A stretch of 64,000 nucleotides of DNA from Candidatus Wolframiiraptor gerlachensis. GTDB taxonomy: Archaea; Thermoproteota; Nitrososphaeria_A; Caldarchaeales; Wolframiiraptoraceae. The stretch spans positions 64,001-128,000 of the forward strand of contig JAJPCT020000016.1 in assembly GCA_021323375.2 (NCBI GenBank), written 5' to 3'. Position numbers and translations under genes: made by a program. Below the pieces are notes generated by a model that saw only the letters and a program-made list of their open reading frames with translations, was not told where the DNA came from and ran no database searches. Of this stretch, positions 27,434 to 37,910 are shown one piece after another. Positions within the stretch are counted from its first letter, which is position 1, and each line of letters starts with the position of its first letter.

Positions 27434-28159
27434 CTACTTCTTCTTCCTGCCGGTTCTCCTTGCCGCGATGTAGCCAACCTTTCTCCCAGGCGGCGCGTTT
27501 CTAGACACCGTCTCAGGTCTTCCAAGCTTCTTCCGAGTTCCACCGAATGGATGGTATGCGGCGGCCATCGCGACACCGCGGACCCTCGGATACGTTGCAA
27601 CTCTATGTTTCGCCACCATCCAGTGATGCTTCTTACCAGCCTTTAGGAAGGGCTTATCCCGTATCCCCCCGCCTGCGACAACACCTATCATCGCGAGACA
27701 CTTAGAGCTTAGCTCTATAACCTTCTTCGATGGCAGCGAGACTATCGTCCTATCACCAAGCTGTGATGTGACGGTCGCGTATGTCCCGGGCGCTCGGACG
27801 AGCTTGCCACCATCCCCTGGCTTATGCTCTATCATCGAGACCTCCGTTCCCTCGGGGATCTTGGCTAGCGGAAGGATGTTGCCCGGAGCTATCGTCGCCT
27901 GCTCGCCCATCTCGATAACCTGGCCCACATACATCCCCTCAACAGCCACGACCGGGAAAGTCTCGCCATTCTCCAAGGCGATTAGGGCTACTGGAGCGCC
28001 CCTACCGGGATCATGATCCAGCTCAACCACCCTGCCGAGCAGGAGCCCAGACTGCGAGATTAGCTGAGACGGGTAGCCGACGGCATACTTCCGCCTAAGC
28101 GATGCCCTGAAAGTCGGCGAACCCCTACCCAGCCTCTGAGCCCTAATCCGCTTACCCAT
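27434..28159 (-). CDS. rpl2p: 50S ribosomal protein L2 (uL2)
   Basis: MGKRIRAQRLGRG, HDPGRGAP, PRVRGVAM...HPFGG. Confidence 0.97.
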   Translation of the reverse strand: MGKRIRAQRLGRGSPTFRASLRRKYAVGYPSQLISQSGLLLGRVVELDHDPGRGAPVALIALENGETFPVVAVEGMYVGQVIEMGEQATIAPGNILPLAKIPEGTEVSMIEHKPGDGGKLVRAPGTYATVTSQLGDRTIVSLPSKKVIELSSKCLAMIGVVAGGGIRDKPFLKAGKKHHWMVAKHRVATYPRVRGVAMAAAYHPFGGTRKKLGRPETVSRNAPPGRKVGYIAARRTGRKKK

Positions 28160-28397
28160 CCCCCATCCACCGGGATCCTATCCAGTCCACCAGCCCAGAC
28201 CCCAATTTATTAAATATTTTCGCATCACATGAGCTTCCACTATTAAACCTCCTTTCAGCAAGTTTTCAGCATTGAGATGCAAGTTCTAGTTTACTCAGCC
28301 TTTTCATTTCGAGCATATTCCTTCTACAAGGGGATATAGTCTTTCAAGAGTTTGAGGAGTCCATCTTTTGAGGCCGTATTGATCCTCACCCGCCGGG

Positions 28398-28658
28398 TTA
28401 GAGTATTCCGAGTTCGACTGCGAGGTCCGCTGCCCTGTATTCTGGCTTTAGCTTGACATATGCCTTCTTCTCACCTCTTGGCGTTATCATCGTATTCACC
28501 TTCTCCACCTTCACGCCATAGAGTTCCTCGACTGCCCTCTTTACATCGGCCTTGGTCGCTCTCAAGTCGACTATGAAGGTGAGCTTATTCTCTTTCTCGA
28601 TTAGCGAGACTGCGTCCTGTGTTATCACGATCCTCTTGATTACTTCGGAGGCCCTCAT
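28398..28658 (-). CDS. rpl23p: 50S ribosomal protein L23 (uL23)
   Basis: [27 protein letters not shown]...KKAYVKL. Confidence 0.96.
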   Translation of the reverse strand: MRASEVIKRIVITQDAVSLIEKENKLTFIVDLRATKADVKRAVEELYGVKVEKVNTMITPRGEKKAYVKLKPEYRAADLAVELGIL

Positions 28659-29491
28659 GCCAGACCACCTAGTATCCTTTCATCCAGCTTTTCTAGGGCG
28701 GATCTTGTCCAGATTGTAAGCCTGCCTGGCTTGGCGCCGGGCGCGAGGTGGAGAACGCTTAGATCCTTCAGCTTCACGACCTCGACACCGGGAATGTTCT
28801 CCGCTGCCTCCTCGATTCCGCGATCCTCGAGTATAACTATCAGCGGCCCGACCCTCCGCTTATATCTTCGGCCCCTCCGCTTACCCTTCCCAGCCCTAAC
28901 CTTCTTCTTGCTACATCTCTTGAGTTCCTCGCCAAGCCCTATCTTCTCCAAGAATTCTCGAACCCCCCTAGTCTTTGCGATAGACTGGAGCGCATCATCA
29001 ACGACTATTGGGAGCGGGAGGTCTTCCGGGATCTTATGCCCCCTAGCCTTAACCGCCTCTCTATCTGCCGTGAATGCTATCGCCACGGCGAGCGCCGCCC
29101 TCTTCTCCTTCTCATTGAGATCCTTGTGGATCTTCTTTTCCGGCACCGGTGGGTGTCCCGGTCTACCGCCTACGGCCGAGTTAATCATCCCGCCCGCCAT
29201 CGCCTTGCCAGTACCATGAGCTCTTATCCGGGATACTCTGGCTACTCCATAGCCCGCTCCAAGCGACTCAACCGAGTACTTGTGGCCCGAGCCCTTGAAC
29301 GTGCCCTTAGGCTGTAGGACATGGGTCTGGAGATGTATGAAGGCCCTCCAGACCAAGTCCTCCCTGAGCGGGGCCAAGAAGGTCTTGGGGAGCGTGATCT
29401 CGCTGACCCTGTTACCGGCTAGATCTAGGACGGGCACTCTCCTTTCGCCCACCCTAGAAGCATTCATCAGTAGCTCAACCAGCAGGCTCAT
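28655..29491 (-). CDS. rpl4p: 50S ribosomal protein L4 (uL4)
   Basis: [34 protein letters not shown]. Confidence 0.96.
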   Translation of the reverse strand: MSLLVELLMNASRVGERRVPVLDLAGNRVSEITLPKTFLAPLREDLVWRAFIHLQTHVLQPKGTFKGSGHKYSVESLGAGYGVARVSRIRAHGTGKAMAGGMINSAVGGRPGHPPVPEKKIHKDLNEKEKRAALAVAIAFTADREAVKARGHKIPEDLPLPIVVDDALQSIAKTRGVREFLEKIGLGEELKRCSKKKVRAGKGKRRGRRYKRRVGPLIVILEDRGIEEAAENIPGVEVVKLKDLSVLHLAPGAKPGRLTIWTRSALEKLDERILGGLA

Positions 29492-29616
29492 CCTAGGCTT
29501 CTAGCCCATAAAGCCCATATTTAAGGCTCTTCAGAGAAATGGTCCAGAAAAACATTCACGCCCCATAGAAATTGTTATATCCATATCTTGAGAATTTTCA
29601 TGAGAGCCGGGGCCCC

Positions 29617-30043
29617 TTGCTTAATGAGTTCGAGTATTCTCGGTGGATAGGGCTGCTTGCCAAGCCCTTGAGTCGGCGAAGGCTGATCTCTCGCGGGGAT
29701 TATAACTGGGCCTGCTTTAAGGCGGAGCAGGCTGCTGAATGCGCTTTGAATGGTCTTCTTAGGGGGCTTGGAATATTTTTATTATACAAATAGTCTAGTT
29801 AGCATGCTCGCCAAGCTGCCAAAAGACTTGGATTTATCAGGCATAATGCAGGCGACAAGCGAACTGGATAAGCTATTCCTGCCAACACGTTATCCTGATG
29901 CTTGGGTGGGGGGTGTGCCCTCCAACTATTATACTAGGCAAAATGCGAGGGCGGCGATAAGCTATGCTCTGATGATCATTAAGCGGGTTGAAGATTCCTG
30001 GAGCTCGCTTCGGGGGAGGGAGCAGCGTATAGCTAGAGTCTAG
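29617..30043 (+). pseudogene. HEPN-domain protein, frameshifted, between rpl3 and rpl4
   Basis: GDYNWACFKAEQAAE.AL..LL in one frame and LDKLFLPTRYPDAW in the next. Confidence 0.8.
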
Positions 30044-31020
30044 ACTGGTATCCCCGCATATAATAGCTGTGGCGGCTCGATCGGCGGCGGAGGCCTTGCC
30101 GGTATCCGGAGGACTATCGGCCTCTTCGGCGTCCCCGGGACGGTTCCTTCGAGAAGTATGCATGTTGTTCTTATGATTCCAAAGTGCGGGAACCCGCCTT
30201 TCGGAGTAAGCTTTGAGCCATCCTCCTCAATCGCGAGTATCCTCTTGTTATATTCCGTTCTTCTGTGGTAGCCGAGCTGACCCGGCCTCGGCACCGTATA
30301 TGGGACGTATTCAGGTGTTCTGCCGCCGATTGCCCCGACAACACGCCTTCCCTTCCTCTTCTTCCTCGGCAGGATCTTGACGCCCCATCGCTTCACCACG
30401 CCCTCAAAGCCCTTGCCCTTCGTCACAGCGATGACGTCTATGAAGTCTCCGGGCTTGAAGACCTCGCTTATCCTGATCTCCTGCCCGAGCTTCGAGACAG
30501 CATAGTCGATCGCCTTCTCTATGTCCCCACCGACCTTTATCTCTATTATATCCGGCTTCTTCTTCGAGAGGCCGGCTTGCTTCGGGAATGCCATGCCAAT
30601 TATCCTAACCTCTGTAATATCGCCTCGCAGAGCCTCCAGCTTCCTCAAATCCTCCTCATTCGGCCTCCAGCTCGGGATCTTCCTCCTAATCAGGTCCACG
30701 GGAACCTTGCTGCTCCAGACTCTCAAGAGCTCTTTGAGAGATTTGTTCTCCTCAGTGTATGCGACTATGCCGGCCGCGAGCATCGGCGGGGTGACTATCA
30801 CGGTGGCAACCTTCGCGACCTCCTGGCCCTGGGTCGGGGAGTTCGGCGTAGTGTCTATGTAGTATGCTGTGAGGTGGCCCGCCTTATAGCCCAAGAAGCC
30901 TAAGGGCTTCGGCTCGCCCTCATATAGAGGCCAATACCTTACCCTAGGGACGAGGCGACTGGCCCTGCCTCTAGGCAGGAATGCGAGTGAACCTGATCTC
31001 GGCTTCGAATCCTTGACCAT
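30040..31020 (-). CDS. rpl3p: 50S ribosomal protein L3 (uL3)
   Basis: PRSGSLAFLPR, GYKAG, VTKGKGFEGVVKRWG, GQLGYHRRTEYNKRI. Confidence 0.97.
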   Translation of the reverse strand: MVKDSKPRSGSLAFLPRGRASRLVPRVRYWPLYEGEPKPLGFLGYKAGHLTAYYIDTTPNSPTQGQEVAKVATVIVTPPMLAAGIVAYTEENKSLKELLRVWSSKVPVDLIRRKIPSWRPNEEDLRKLEALRGDITEVRIIGMAFPKQAGLSKKKPDIIEIKVGGDIEKAIDYAVSKLGQEIRISEVFKPGDFIDVIAVTKGKGFEGVVKRWGVKILPRKKRKGRRVVGAIGGRTPEYVPYTVPRPGQLGYHRRTEYNKRILAIEEDGSKLTPKGGFPHFGIIRTTCILLEGTVPGTPKRPIVLRIPARPPPPIEPPQLLYAGIPV

Positions 31021-31123
31021 CCGCTATCTCCCGCATAGCCCTAGGGCTCGACGATATAAGCCTAATCCTTGGAAGTTTGTGGGAATCCCCTTAAATACGA
31101 GGCTGGCGAGTCTTAGTTTTGCT

Positions 31124-31609
31124 ATGGCTGCTCGGGAACTTCCCGTGACCCGTGAGATAATTGAGCTGATTAGGAGGCCGAGTGTGGTTGGCTTGGCGAC
31201 TCACCGGCATTTGCCACATGAGAGGGCGATATACATGAGGCATGGTAGATGCGGCTTCGCGATCGACGTGCTGGTGGAGGAGAATGGTGTTAGGAGGCTC
31301 TACTCCGTCCTCGTGGAGGCAGAGGTGAACATCGGCGATAGGAGGGAGTTTAAGTCATTCATGGAGCTCGGCGGCATAATCCGCTACCAGCTCTCCGAGA
31401 AGATCGGCGACACGTTCAAGATAACAAGGAAGGAGCTCAGCTACAGGGATGGAGAGGAGCTCTTCCATCAAGTCGATCTTGTTAGAGCCGCATTCTACGA
31501 GAAGTATCGGGAGCTCAAGGCCAAGGCCGGGGTTGAACCGGCGAAGATAGAGGAGGAGATCTTCCACCAGGTTGGAATCAGGCCCGAGGAGATGCTTCTC
31601 GGAGTATAA
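31124..31609 (+). CDS. Hypothetical protein
   Basis: Likely start MAARELPV; host-like codons; adjacent to the next gene. Confidence 0.65.
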   Translation: MAARELPVTREIIELIRRPSVVGLATHRHLPHERAIYMRHGRCGFAIDVLVEENGVRRLYSVLVEAEVNIGDRREFKSFMELGGIIRYQLSEKIGDTFKITRKELSYRDGEELFHQVDLVRAAFYEKYRELKAKAGVEPAKIEEEIFHQVGIRPEEMLLGV

Positions 31610-31613
31610 GCTG

Positions 31614-32876
31614 ATGATAGGGCTCGCGCTCGCGGAGAGGGCCGAGGATGCTAAAAGGATTGCTGAGAGGCTGGTGAAGTCTCAGGAGTATAGGCTCGTC
31701 AAGTCATTCAGGCTTATTGAGATTGAGACAGAGATAGGCTATGTCTCTGTGGCCGCTAGGGAGGATGAGTTCGTCGAGAGAGGCGATGCGCTGGCGGCAT
31801 GTATGCATTATCCGCGTGCTGGCATAAGGTTCCTCGAGAATCTCCTAGAGTCCGAGGATCTCGTGAAGACTTTGATGAATCTCGACCTCTTCCTTTCCGG
31901 CGCTATAGTTGATTATGAGAGGGTTGTCTTGTTCAGGGATCATGTCGGCCATATGCCCCTAGCATATGCTAGACATGGTAGGTCGCTCATAGCGGCCTTG
32001 AGTAAGTCGGCGATCGGGTCGGCCGCGAGATCTCTTGAGCCGGGCCATATGCTGATCCTAGACCGCTCGGGTTCAAGACTTGTCAGATGGTATCATCCCG
32101 GAAGATGGGTGATGGGCGATCCGGGAAGGGAGCTTGCCGAGAGGCTGATGCACGTCTCCGAGAAGTATCTCCCGGACACGGTCTTCCTCGGGTTCTCCGG
32201 CGGGCTTGATAGCTCCATCCTCGCTCATCTAGCAGCTCGAGCTGGCAGGAATGTTAGGGGGATCGCCGTGGCCATGAGGGGAAGCCTTGATCATGCTTGG
32301 GCCCAAGAGACAGCTGAGATCCTAGAGATCGGGCTAGAGATCCTAGAGCCATGCGATGAGGAGCTCATGGATGTTGTGAGGCTCTTGTCGAGCCAACTCC
32401 CGGGAGCGGGGCTAATGGATCTCTCGATAGCATCCCTCATGCTTCTGGCCGCGAGGAGGGCTGGAGGTGTTCTTGTGGTCGGGCAGGGGGCTGACGAGCT
32501 TTTCGGGGGCTACTGGAGATATGAGAAGATGCTGCTTGAGCATGGTATCGAGAAGGCCGCCGAGATTATGAGCAGGGATGTTGAGAGGATTGGCGAGAGG
32601 AATTTGGAGAGGGATGAGCTTGCTGCAGCCCTCGCGGGCTCGCAGCTTCTCGCACCATATGTTGCTAGGCCCATCTATGAGGCCGCTCTCTCAATAAGCC
32701 CAGAACTTAAGCTAAGGATGCTGGATGGCAGGGTTGTCAGGAAGTGGATATTGAGAAGGGCTGCTGAGATCCTCGGGGTCCCGGGGAAGGTTCTCGAGAG
32801 GCCTAAGAAGGCCGCGCAATATAGCTCGGGAATTCAGAGGAGGCTGAGGAAGCTCCTAGCGGAGAAAAAATTGTAG
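31614..32876 (+). CDS. Asparagine synthetase-like PP-loop ATPase with degenerate GATase domain
   Basis: RDHVGHMPL, FSGGLDSS, GQGADELFGGY, RPKKAAQYSSG; no N-terminal Cys. Confidence 0.85.
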   Translation: MIGLALAERAEDAKRIAERLVKSQEYRLVKSFRLIEIETEIGYVSVAAREDEFVERGDALAACMHYPRAGIRFLENLLESEDLVKTLMNLDLFLSGAIVDYERVVLFRDHVGHMPLAYARHGRSLIAALSKSAIGSAARSLEPGHMLILDRSGSRLVRWYHPGRWVMGDPGRELAERLMHVSEKYLPDTVFLGFSGGLDSSILAHLAARAGRNVRGIAVAMRGSLDHAWAQETAEILEIGLEILEPCDEELMDVVRLLSSQLPGAGLMDLSIASLMLLAARRAGGVLVVGQGADELFGGYWRYEKMLLEHGIEKAAEIMSRDVERIGERNLERDELAAALAGSQLLAPYVARPIYEAALSISPELKLRMLDGRVVRKWILRRAAEILGVPGKVLERPKKAAQYSSGIQRRLRKLLAEKKL

Positions 32877-33011
32877 TTGAGGGGGTTTTATGGCGGAGAC
32901 TCCTTCTCCTTCTTCTTTTTCGAGGATCCTCCACGGCAGCAGGGAGCCATGGCGATGGTCTCGCGGCGCCTAGTGTTAAGCGTTTTCCGGGCTGGGGTGC
33001 ATGGATAATAC

Positions 33012-33599
33012 GTGGATTATCTCCTAACTCTCTCGATGAGTGTGGATAATGGCTTGGCGGTAATCTATGATGCTGTCCTGAGGCTTAAGGGGCTTAAGAG
33101 GACTGGCTGGCTCGAGAGGGGGGTGAGGGGTGCGGAGAGCGTGGCTGCTCATAGCTATGCCGTCGCCCTTCTCTCGATGATCTTGGCGGATATCAAGGGG
33201 CTTGATGTTGAGGAGGCTGTGAGGATGGCGTTGATCCATGATCTGCCAGAGGCCTTTATTGGGGATCTTACGCCCGGCGAGAAGGAGAGGATGAGGGATT
33301 TCCAGGAGAGGGAGATGGGGGCCATCATGGAGATGGCCAAAGCCCTCCCAGGCAGGGCCTCGGAGAAGCTCATCAGGACGTGGAGACGGTATTCTGAGGG
33401 GTCAAGCGATGTGGCAAGGCTCGTCAGGGACGTAGATAAGCTTGAGATGGGGCTTCAAGCCCTAAGCTATATCAGGTCAGGATACTCTGGAGCATGGGAG
33501 ATCTATGAGTCCGCGTTGAGGGAGATTAGGGATCCGGAGCTCCGGGAGCTTTTAAGAAGGCTTGGCGAGCGCCAACTTAATACATCGCATGTCACATAG
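33012..33599 (+). CDS. HD-domain 5'-deoxynucleotidase-like hydrolase (HDDC2/YfbR type)
   Basis: LK.LKRTGW...ESVAAHS, ALIHDLPEA..GD, DKLEM. Confidence 0.88.
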   Translation: MDYLLTLSMSVDNGLAVIYDAVLRLKGLKRTGWLERGVRGAESVAAHSYAVALLSMILADIKGLDVEEAVRMALIHDLPEAFIGDLTPGEKERMRDFQEREMGAIMEMAKALPGRASEKLIRTWRRYSEGSSDVARLVRDVDKLEMGLQALSYIRSGYSGAWEIYESALREIRDPELRELLRRLGERQLNTSHVT

Positions 33600-33609
33600 T
33601 TAGTGCTGG

Positions 33610-34785
33610 ATGGCGGCTATCCGGGAGCTCTCCATAACGGCTAAGTATCCGTTCCTTCCTGAGGCCCGGGGGGAGCTTGCGAAATACGGGATAACTCTTG
33701 AGAGCTTCAGTGACCCGGCCTACCAGAAGGTCGTTGAGAGGGCGAAGAAAAGGATAATTGACGCGATAGAATATGGTGATGACATCAGCCCCTCGAGCAT
33801 CTCCGATGATGATTTTGTGGAGCTTGCATCATTTCCACTCTCAATAGCCATGATAGCCGCGATCGGTGATAAGAGGCTCGCGAGGAGGTTCGCGCTCGCA
33901 ACATCCTCTCTCGCGATCAAGCTCCTTGAATCCGAGGATCCCGAGTGGAGGGATGAGATAGTTCTCAGGATCGCGCAGGATGTCTTCGGCATGGATGTTA
34001 GGAGGGAGAACAGGGTTGTCGGCGGCATCACATACGACTACTCTCTGGGGCTCAAGGATTATCTGAGAGGAGCGCTGGCGTTCAATAGGCCCGAATGGAA
34101 GCTCGTGAACCGCGTCGTCGAGCGTGGCAGGGTCTTGGTAACAGCCCATGAGCTCATTAGGCTTCTAAAGGATCGTGTGATGGAGCATATCCTATCCCTC
34201 GTGGAGAGGGCTGGCAAGATCGGCGCTCTCCCCAACCCGGTTGAGGAGGCGATTAGGGAGATTAGGGAGAGGATGCCGGCCGCGATACAGCTCGAGCTCA
34301 CCACCGTTAAGAGCGGGCCCGAGACATGGCCGCCATGCATGAGGGCAATAGCAGACAAGCTCATGGCCGGCGAGAATATCAGCCACTTCGCGAACTTCGC
34401 CTTCGCAGCATTCCTCTCAAACATAGGATTTGAGCCACATGAGATAATCAGGTTCTACGCGAATAGGCCGGACTTCAACGAGAGGATCGCGAGGTATCAG
34501 GTCGAGCACATCGCCGGCCTCAGAGGCAGCAGGACAAAGTACATGACACCAAGCTGCAGCACTATGAAGACTAACGGCTTATGCGTGAAGGATGGCGCAT
34601 TATGCGGTGGGATCAGGAACCCATTAGCTTATTATAGGAGGGCGATTAGGAGGATGAGGAAGATTGATAAGGATAAGGCTGAGATGGGAGGAGAACGCGG
34701 AGAGGCTGGCGGCGAAGCTATCAGAGATTCTGGCTCCGATGGGAATACTCCCGGTGATCAACAGGTCTCAGGTAATCTTGGATGA
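33610..34785 (+). CDS. priL: DNA primase large subunit
   Basis: AKYPFL, WPPCM, DFNERIARYQVEHIAG, PSC.TM...LC...C...NPL.YY. Confidence 0.93.
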   Translation: MAAIRELSITAKYPFLPEARGELAKYGITLESFSDPAYQKVVERAKKRIIDAIEYGDDISPSSISDDDFVELASFPLSIAMIAAIGDKRLARRFALATSSLAIKLLESEDPEWRDEIVLRIAQDVFGMDVRRENRVVGGITYDYSLGLKDYLRGALAFNRPEWKLVNRVVERGRVLVTAHELIRLLKDRVMEHILSLVERAGKIGALPNPVEEAIREIRERMPAAIQLELTTVKSGPETWPPCMRAIADKLMAGENISHFANFAFAAFLSNIGFEPHEIIRFYANRPDFNERIARYQVEHIAGLRGSRTKYMTPSCSTMKTNGLCVKDGALCGGIRNPLAYYRRAIRRMRKIDKDKAEMGGERGEAGGEAIRDSGSDGNTPGDQQVSGNLG

Positions 34786-35032
34786 TGATCTCGCTTATAG
34801 GTCACTAAGAATCGAGGAGATGGTCGAGCTCGCGGCGAGGACACTATTGGAGCTCGGGATAAGATTCCGCGGAATCACTGCCTCCGATAGAGAGATCATA
34901 ATCGAGGATGAGGAGCCGGAGAGGAGGGGGAGCCGCGGGCCGGGCTTCTTCATCTGTCCCCACTGCGGCTTCATAACACCATACGAGGAGGAGTATTGGA
35001 ATCACTTGAAGATTCATTATATCGGGGTCTAG
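34664..35032 (+). CDS. Small protein with C-terminal C2H2 zinc finger
   Basis: CPHCGF...EEEYWNHLKIHY; overlaps the priL tail. Confidence 0.7.
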   Translation: MIRIRLRWEENAERLAAKLSEILAPMGILPVINRSQVILDDDLAYRSLRIEEMVELAARTLLELGIRFRGITASDREIIIEDEEPERRGSRGPGFFICPHCGFITPYEEEYWNHLKIHYIGV

Positions 35033-35529
35033 GGCCGTTTAAAGCCTGCGATGAGCCTCTTCCAGTAATCCCAGTCCACGAGCCCATAAACCCCCTTAAC
35101 CACGTTCTCGTCTATAGCGGCGGCAGCCATCTCGCCGAGCTTATCAATTGCGATGTTCGCAATTATTCTGAATGGGAGGCCGGCCGTCTTCGCTGCATAA
35201 ATAGCCACCGATGTGCATGATTTGACAAGATCCCAGTTCACTGCGCCAGCCTCCCCTCTAATCACCTCCACTAGGCCCCCGAGATCTGTGAAATAATCCC
35301 TCAAGTCCTTCTCCATATCGGGCACGCTTACAAGGGTATTTCTAGCCAGACTTAGAATCCTGTGAGCCGAGGCCTCCGCACGCGCTATCCTCCAAGTTAT
35401 CGAGATGATCCTCGAGAGGGAGATCGCGTCTTCAAGTTTCCTGATCCGCTCCTCGAGCTCCTGGAGCTTTCCCGAGATCTCCTCGAGAAGCCTCCTGACC
35501 TCCTCGAGAAGCCTCTCCTCGGATGCCAA
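35029..35529 (-). CDS. Hypothetical protein with N-terminal coiled coil
   Basis: Directly downstream of sufB; heptad-rich N-terminus. Confidence 0.65.
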   Translation of the reverse strand: MASEERLLEEVRRLLEEISGKLQELEERIRKLEDAISLSRIISITWRIARAEASAHRILSLARNTLVSVPDMEKDLRDYFTDLGGLVEVIRGEAGAVNWDLVKSCTSVAIYAAKTAGLPFRIIANIAIDKLGEMAAAAIDENVVKGVYGLVDWDYWKRLIAGFKRP

Positions 35530-35533
35530 GCCC

Positions 35534-36739
35534 CTAGAATCCCTTGACCGCGAGGTCTATAATCTTTTTGATCGATTCCTCGAGGAAGCTTGGGAGGTTG
35601 AGGGGGGATACGTCTAGGAAGCCCCTGACTATCAGGGACTCAGCCTCCTCTCTCGAGAAGCCCCTTGACATGAGGTATATTAGCTGGTCCTCGGAGATCC
35701 TGCCTATCGCCGCCTCATGAGTCAGCGACGCGTTCATTCTTCTCGAGATCAGCTCCGGTATAGTGTATATCTCCGCCTCGTCAGAGAGCATTAGGCCCCT
35801 GCAGCTTATGTGACCGCGGCCATCATCCGCCTCACACTCTATCCTTCCACGCATGGTGAGCTTGGCCCTATTCAAGGCGACCGCGCTCGTGGTCAGCTCA
35901 GCTCTCCCACCCCTCCCCGCTATCAAGCAATCGCCACCCATATCCATCCTCGAAGAGCCGTCAAGATAGATGATATTACTCATGGATATCACCGCACTCC
36001 CTCCCTCAAGCCTCGCAGACGGCTTTGACTGGAAGCTACCAACAGAGCCGAGGAGGACATAGTTGTAGGATACCATCGCGCCCTCCTCGAGCACTATGCC
36101 GGTCCTCGGCCTTACGTGGAAGCTCGGCCCCCATCTATGAATCATTGTATAATTCAGCTTCGCGCCCTGCCTGACGAATATCTCTGTTACACCAATATGG
36201 AGCCCCCTCTGATCATGCCTCCTCATCGTGCAGCCCGTGATTATACATGCCTCAGAGCCCGGCTCAGCAACTATGAGGTTGTGAACGCTCTGGATTATCC
36301 CGGGCGAGTAGGAGAAGAAGCATGCCTGAATCGGCATGTGAAGCCTCCTACCCTCAAGTATCCTGAGGAAGAACCCGCTCGGCGGCTTCAAGGCATTATA
36401 TGCGGTATATTTGTCAGTATATGGGCTTACAAGGCTCCAGAAGTGATCCCGAGCCCATGGATACCTCTCAAAAGCCTCCTGTATTGGCATGAGCTCTATA
36501 TCTCCTTGGAACTGCTTCTGGACAGCCCTATACGCGATCTCATGATCGATCTGGAGGAATGTTGTGAGGGATGATGCTCTCCCCAGATCCACCCCAACCT
36601 CGAGGCTCCTCCTCCTAACATCCTCATCAACCTCGATCCTCTCTTTGGACTCCTGCTCGAACTCCTCAAGATCTAGATCCTCGCCATATTCAGCCGGCTT
36701 GCTAAGAGCCTCTCTCAGCCGCCTCTCATTAACCTGCAT
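35534..36739 (-). CDS. sufB: SufB/SufD-family Fe-S scaffold (SmsB-like)
   Basis: CRGLML, IPEL, THEAAIGRI..QLIYLMSRG. Confidence 0.9.
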   Translation of the reverse strand: MQVNERRLREALSKPAEYGEDLDLEEFEQESKERIEVDEDVRRRSLEVGVDLGRASSLTTFLQIDHEIAYRAVQKQFQGDIELMPIQEAFERYPWARDHFWSLVSPYTDKYTAYNALKPPSGFFLRILEGRRLHMPIQACFFSYSPGIIQSVHNLIVAEPGSEACIITGCTMRRHDQRGLHIGVTEIFVRQGAKLNYTMIHRWGPSFHVRPRTGIVLEEGAMVSYNYVLLGSVGSFQSKPSARLEGGSAVISMSNIIYLDGSSRMDMGGDCLIAGRGGRAELTTSAVALNRAKLTMRGRIECEADDGRGHISCRGLMLSDEAEIYTIPELISRRMNASLTHEAAIGRISEDQLIYLMSRGFSREEAESLIVRGFLDVSPLNLPSFLEESIKKIIDLAVKGF

Positions 36740-37461
36740 CTCTCACACCACCTATATCCATCCCTTATTATCCTGTTGAGTACCTGATCTGGATCCCCTT
36801 CACATGCTATCACGCCATCTATGAGGACATGCGCCTTCACGGGCTTCAGATGCCTGAGAATATAGCCATGATGTGTTATTATCAGGGCGGATCTACCCCT
36901 CAAGTTCTCCGAGAGGAATCTCCCAATCAACTCGAGATTCTCCACATCAACACCCGAGTCCGGCTCATCAAGGATTATTAGCCTCGGGTTTGATGCTAGC
37001 GTCTGTGCAAGCTCGCACCTCTTAATCTCCCCGCCCGAGAAGCCTACATTCACATACCGGTTCAGGTGCTCCTGTGATATGTTGAGCCTATCAACTATCT
37101 CGAGGAATCTCTCGCCGACGCCGTTCTCGGACGCTATTCTTGCGAGGAGGTCCTTCAGCTTTACCCCATGGAGCTTTGGCGGGTTCTGAAATGCTATGCT
37201 TATCCCCATTCTAGCCCTCTCATCTATCGGCTTCTCCGTTATGTCTTGGCCGTCGAATATTATCCTCCCGCTGACTATCCTGTAATCCGGGTGCCCGATT
37301 ATGGCCATCGCGAGCGTCGACTTCCCGGAGCCATTCGGCCCGAAGATCGCGTGAATCTCGCCATCACCGACCTCGAGGCTCACGCCCTTAAGTATCAGCC
37401 TATCCCTCACAGCGACGTGAAGATTCTCTATCCTGAGCAGGGCACACCACCTCTGAACCAC
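36715..37461 (-). CDS. sufC: SufC-family ABC ATPase (SmsC-like, C-terminal CxxC)
   Basis: GPNGSGKST, VNVGFSGGEIKR, LDEPDSGVD, WCERC. Confidence 0.9.
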   Translation of the reverse strand: MVQRWCALLRIENLHVAVRDRLILKGVSLEVGDGEIHAIFGPNGSGKSTLAMAIIGHPDYRIVSGRIIFDGQDITEKPIDERARMGISIAFQNPPKLHGVKLKDLLARIASENGVGERFLEIVDRLNISQEHLNRYVNVGFSGGEIKRCELAQTLASNPRLIILDEPDSGVDVENLELIGRFLSENLRGRSALIITHHGYILRHLKPVKAHVLIDGVIACEGDPDQVLNRIIRDGYRWCERCRLMRGG

Positions 37462-37462
37462 T

Positions 37463-37831
37463 TTACGCGATCTTGAAGAGGAGCCAGCCCCTCCCGATGT
37501 TTATCATTGCATATCTTCCTCTTAACCTTGAGCCCATGCAATCGAAGACTATCTTCTTATCTTTTTCATATTCTACGAGCTTAAATTCACCCTTATCCCA
37601 AATCTTCACTAATCCAGCTCCGTAGCCTTCTTTTATTTCTCCCTCGAAATCCGCATACCAAAGCTCATGATCGGGCTGAGGAATTCCAAGCCTTTTTACT
37701 CCCTGCATAGTGGGAAGCTCTTTTCTGAAAGCCCAGGATTTCAGCACACCATCTATCTCGAGTCTGAGATCGTAGTGAAGCCCCGCACGCTTCGCATGAT
37801 GCTCATGTACGACGAATATTGACATAATCAT
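37463..37831 (-). CDS. Stand-alone LigD-type DNA 3'-phosphoesterase (PE) domain
   Basis: FVVHEH.A...LHYDLRLE.DGVLKSWA, DH...Y..FEG.I..GYGAG.V.IWDKG. Confidence 0.88.
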   Translation of the reverse strand: MIMSIFVVHEHHAKRAGLHYDLRLEIDGVLKSWAFRKELPTMQGVKRLGIPQPDHELWYADFEGEIKEGYGAGLVKIWDKGEFKLVEYEKDKKIVFDCMGSRLRGRYAMINIGRGWLLFKIA

Positions 37832-37910
37832 TACTTAAAACATCGAGGGGTTTAAATGTATGGGGAGGCTAGCTCTTGATTAAAGTGAAAGCTCCAAATA
37901 CCGTTTTTGA

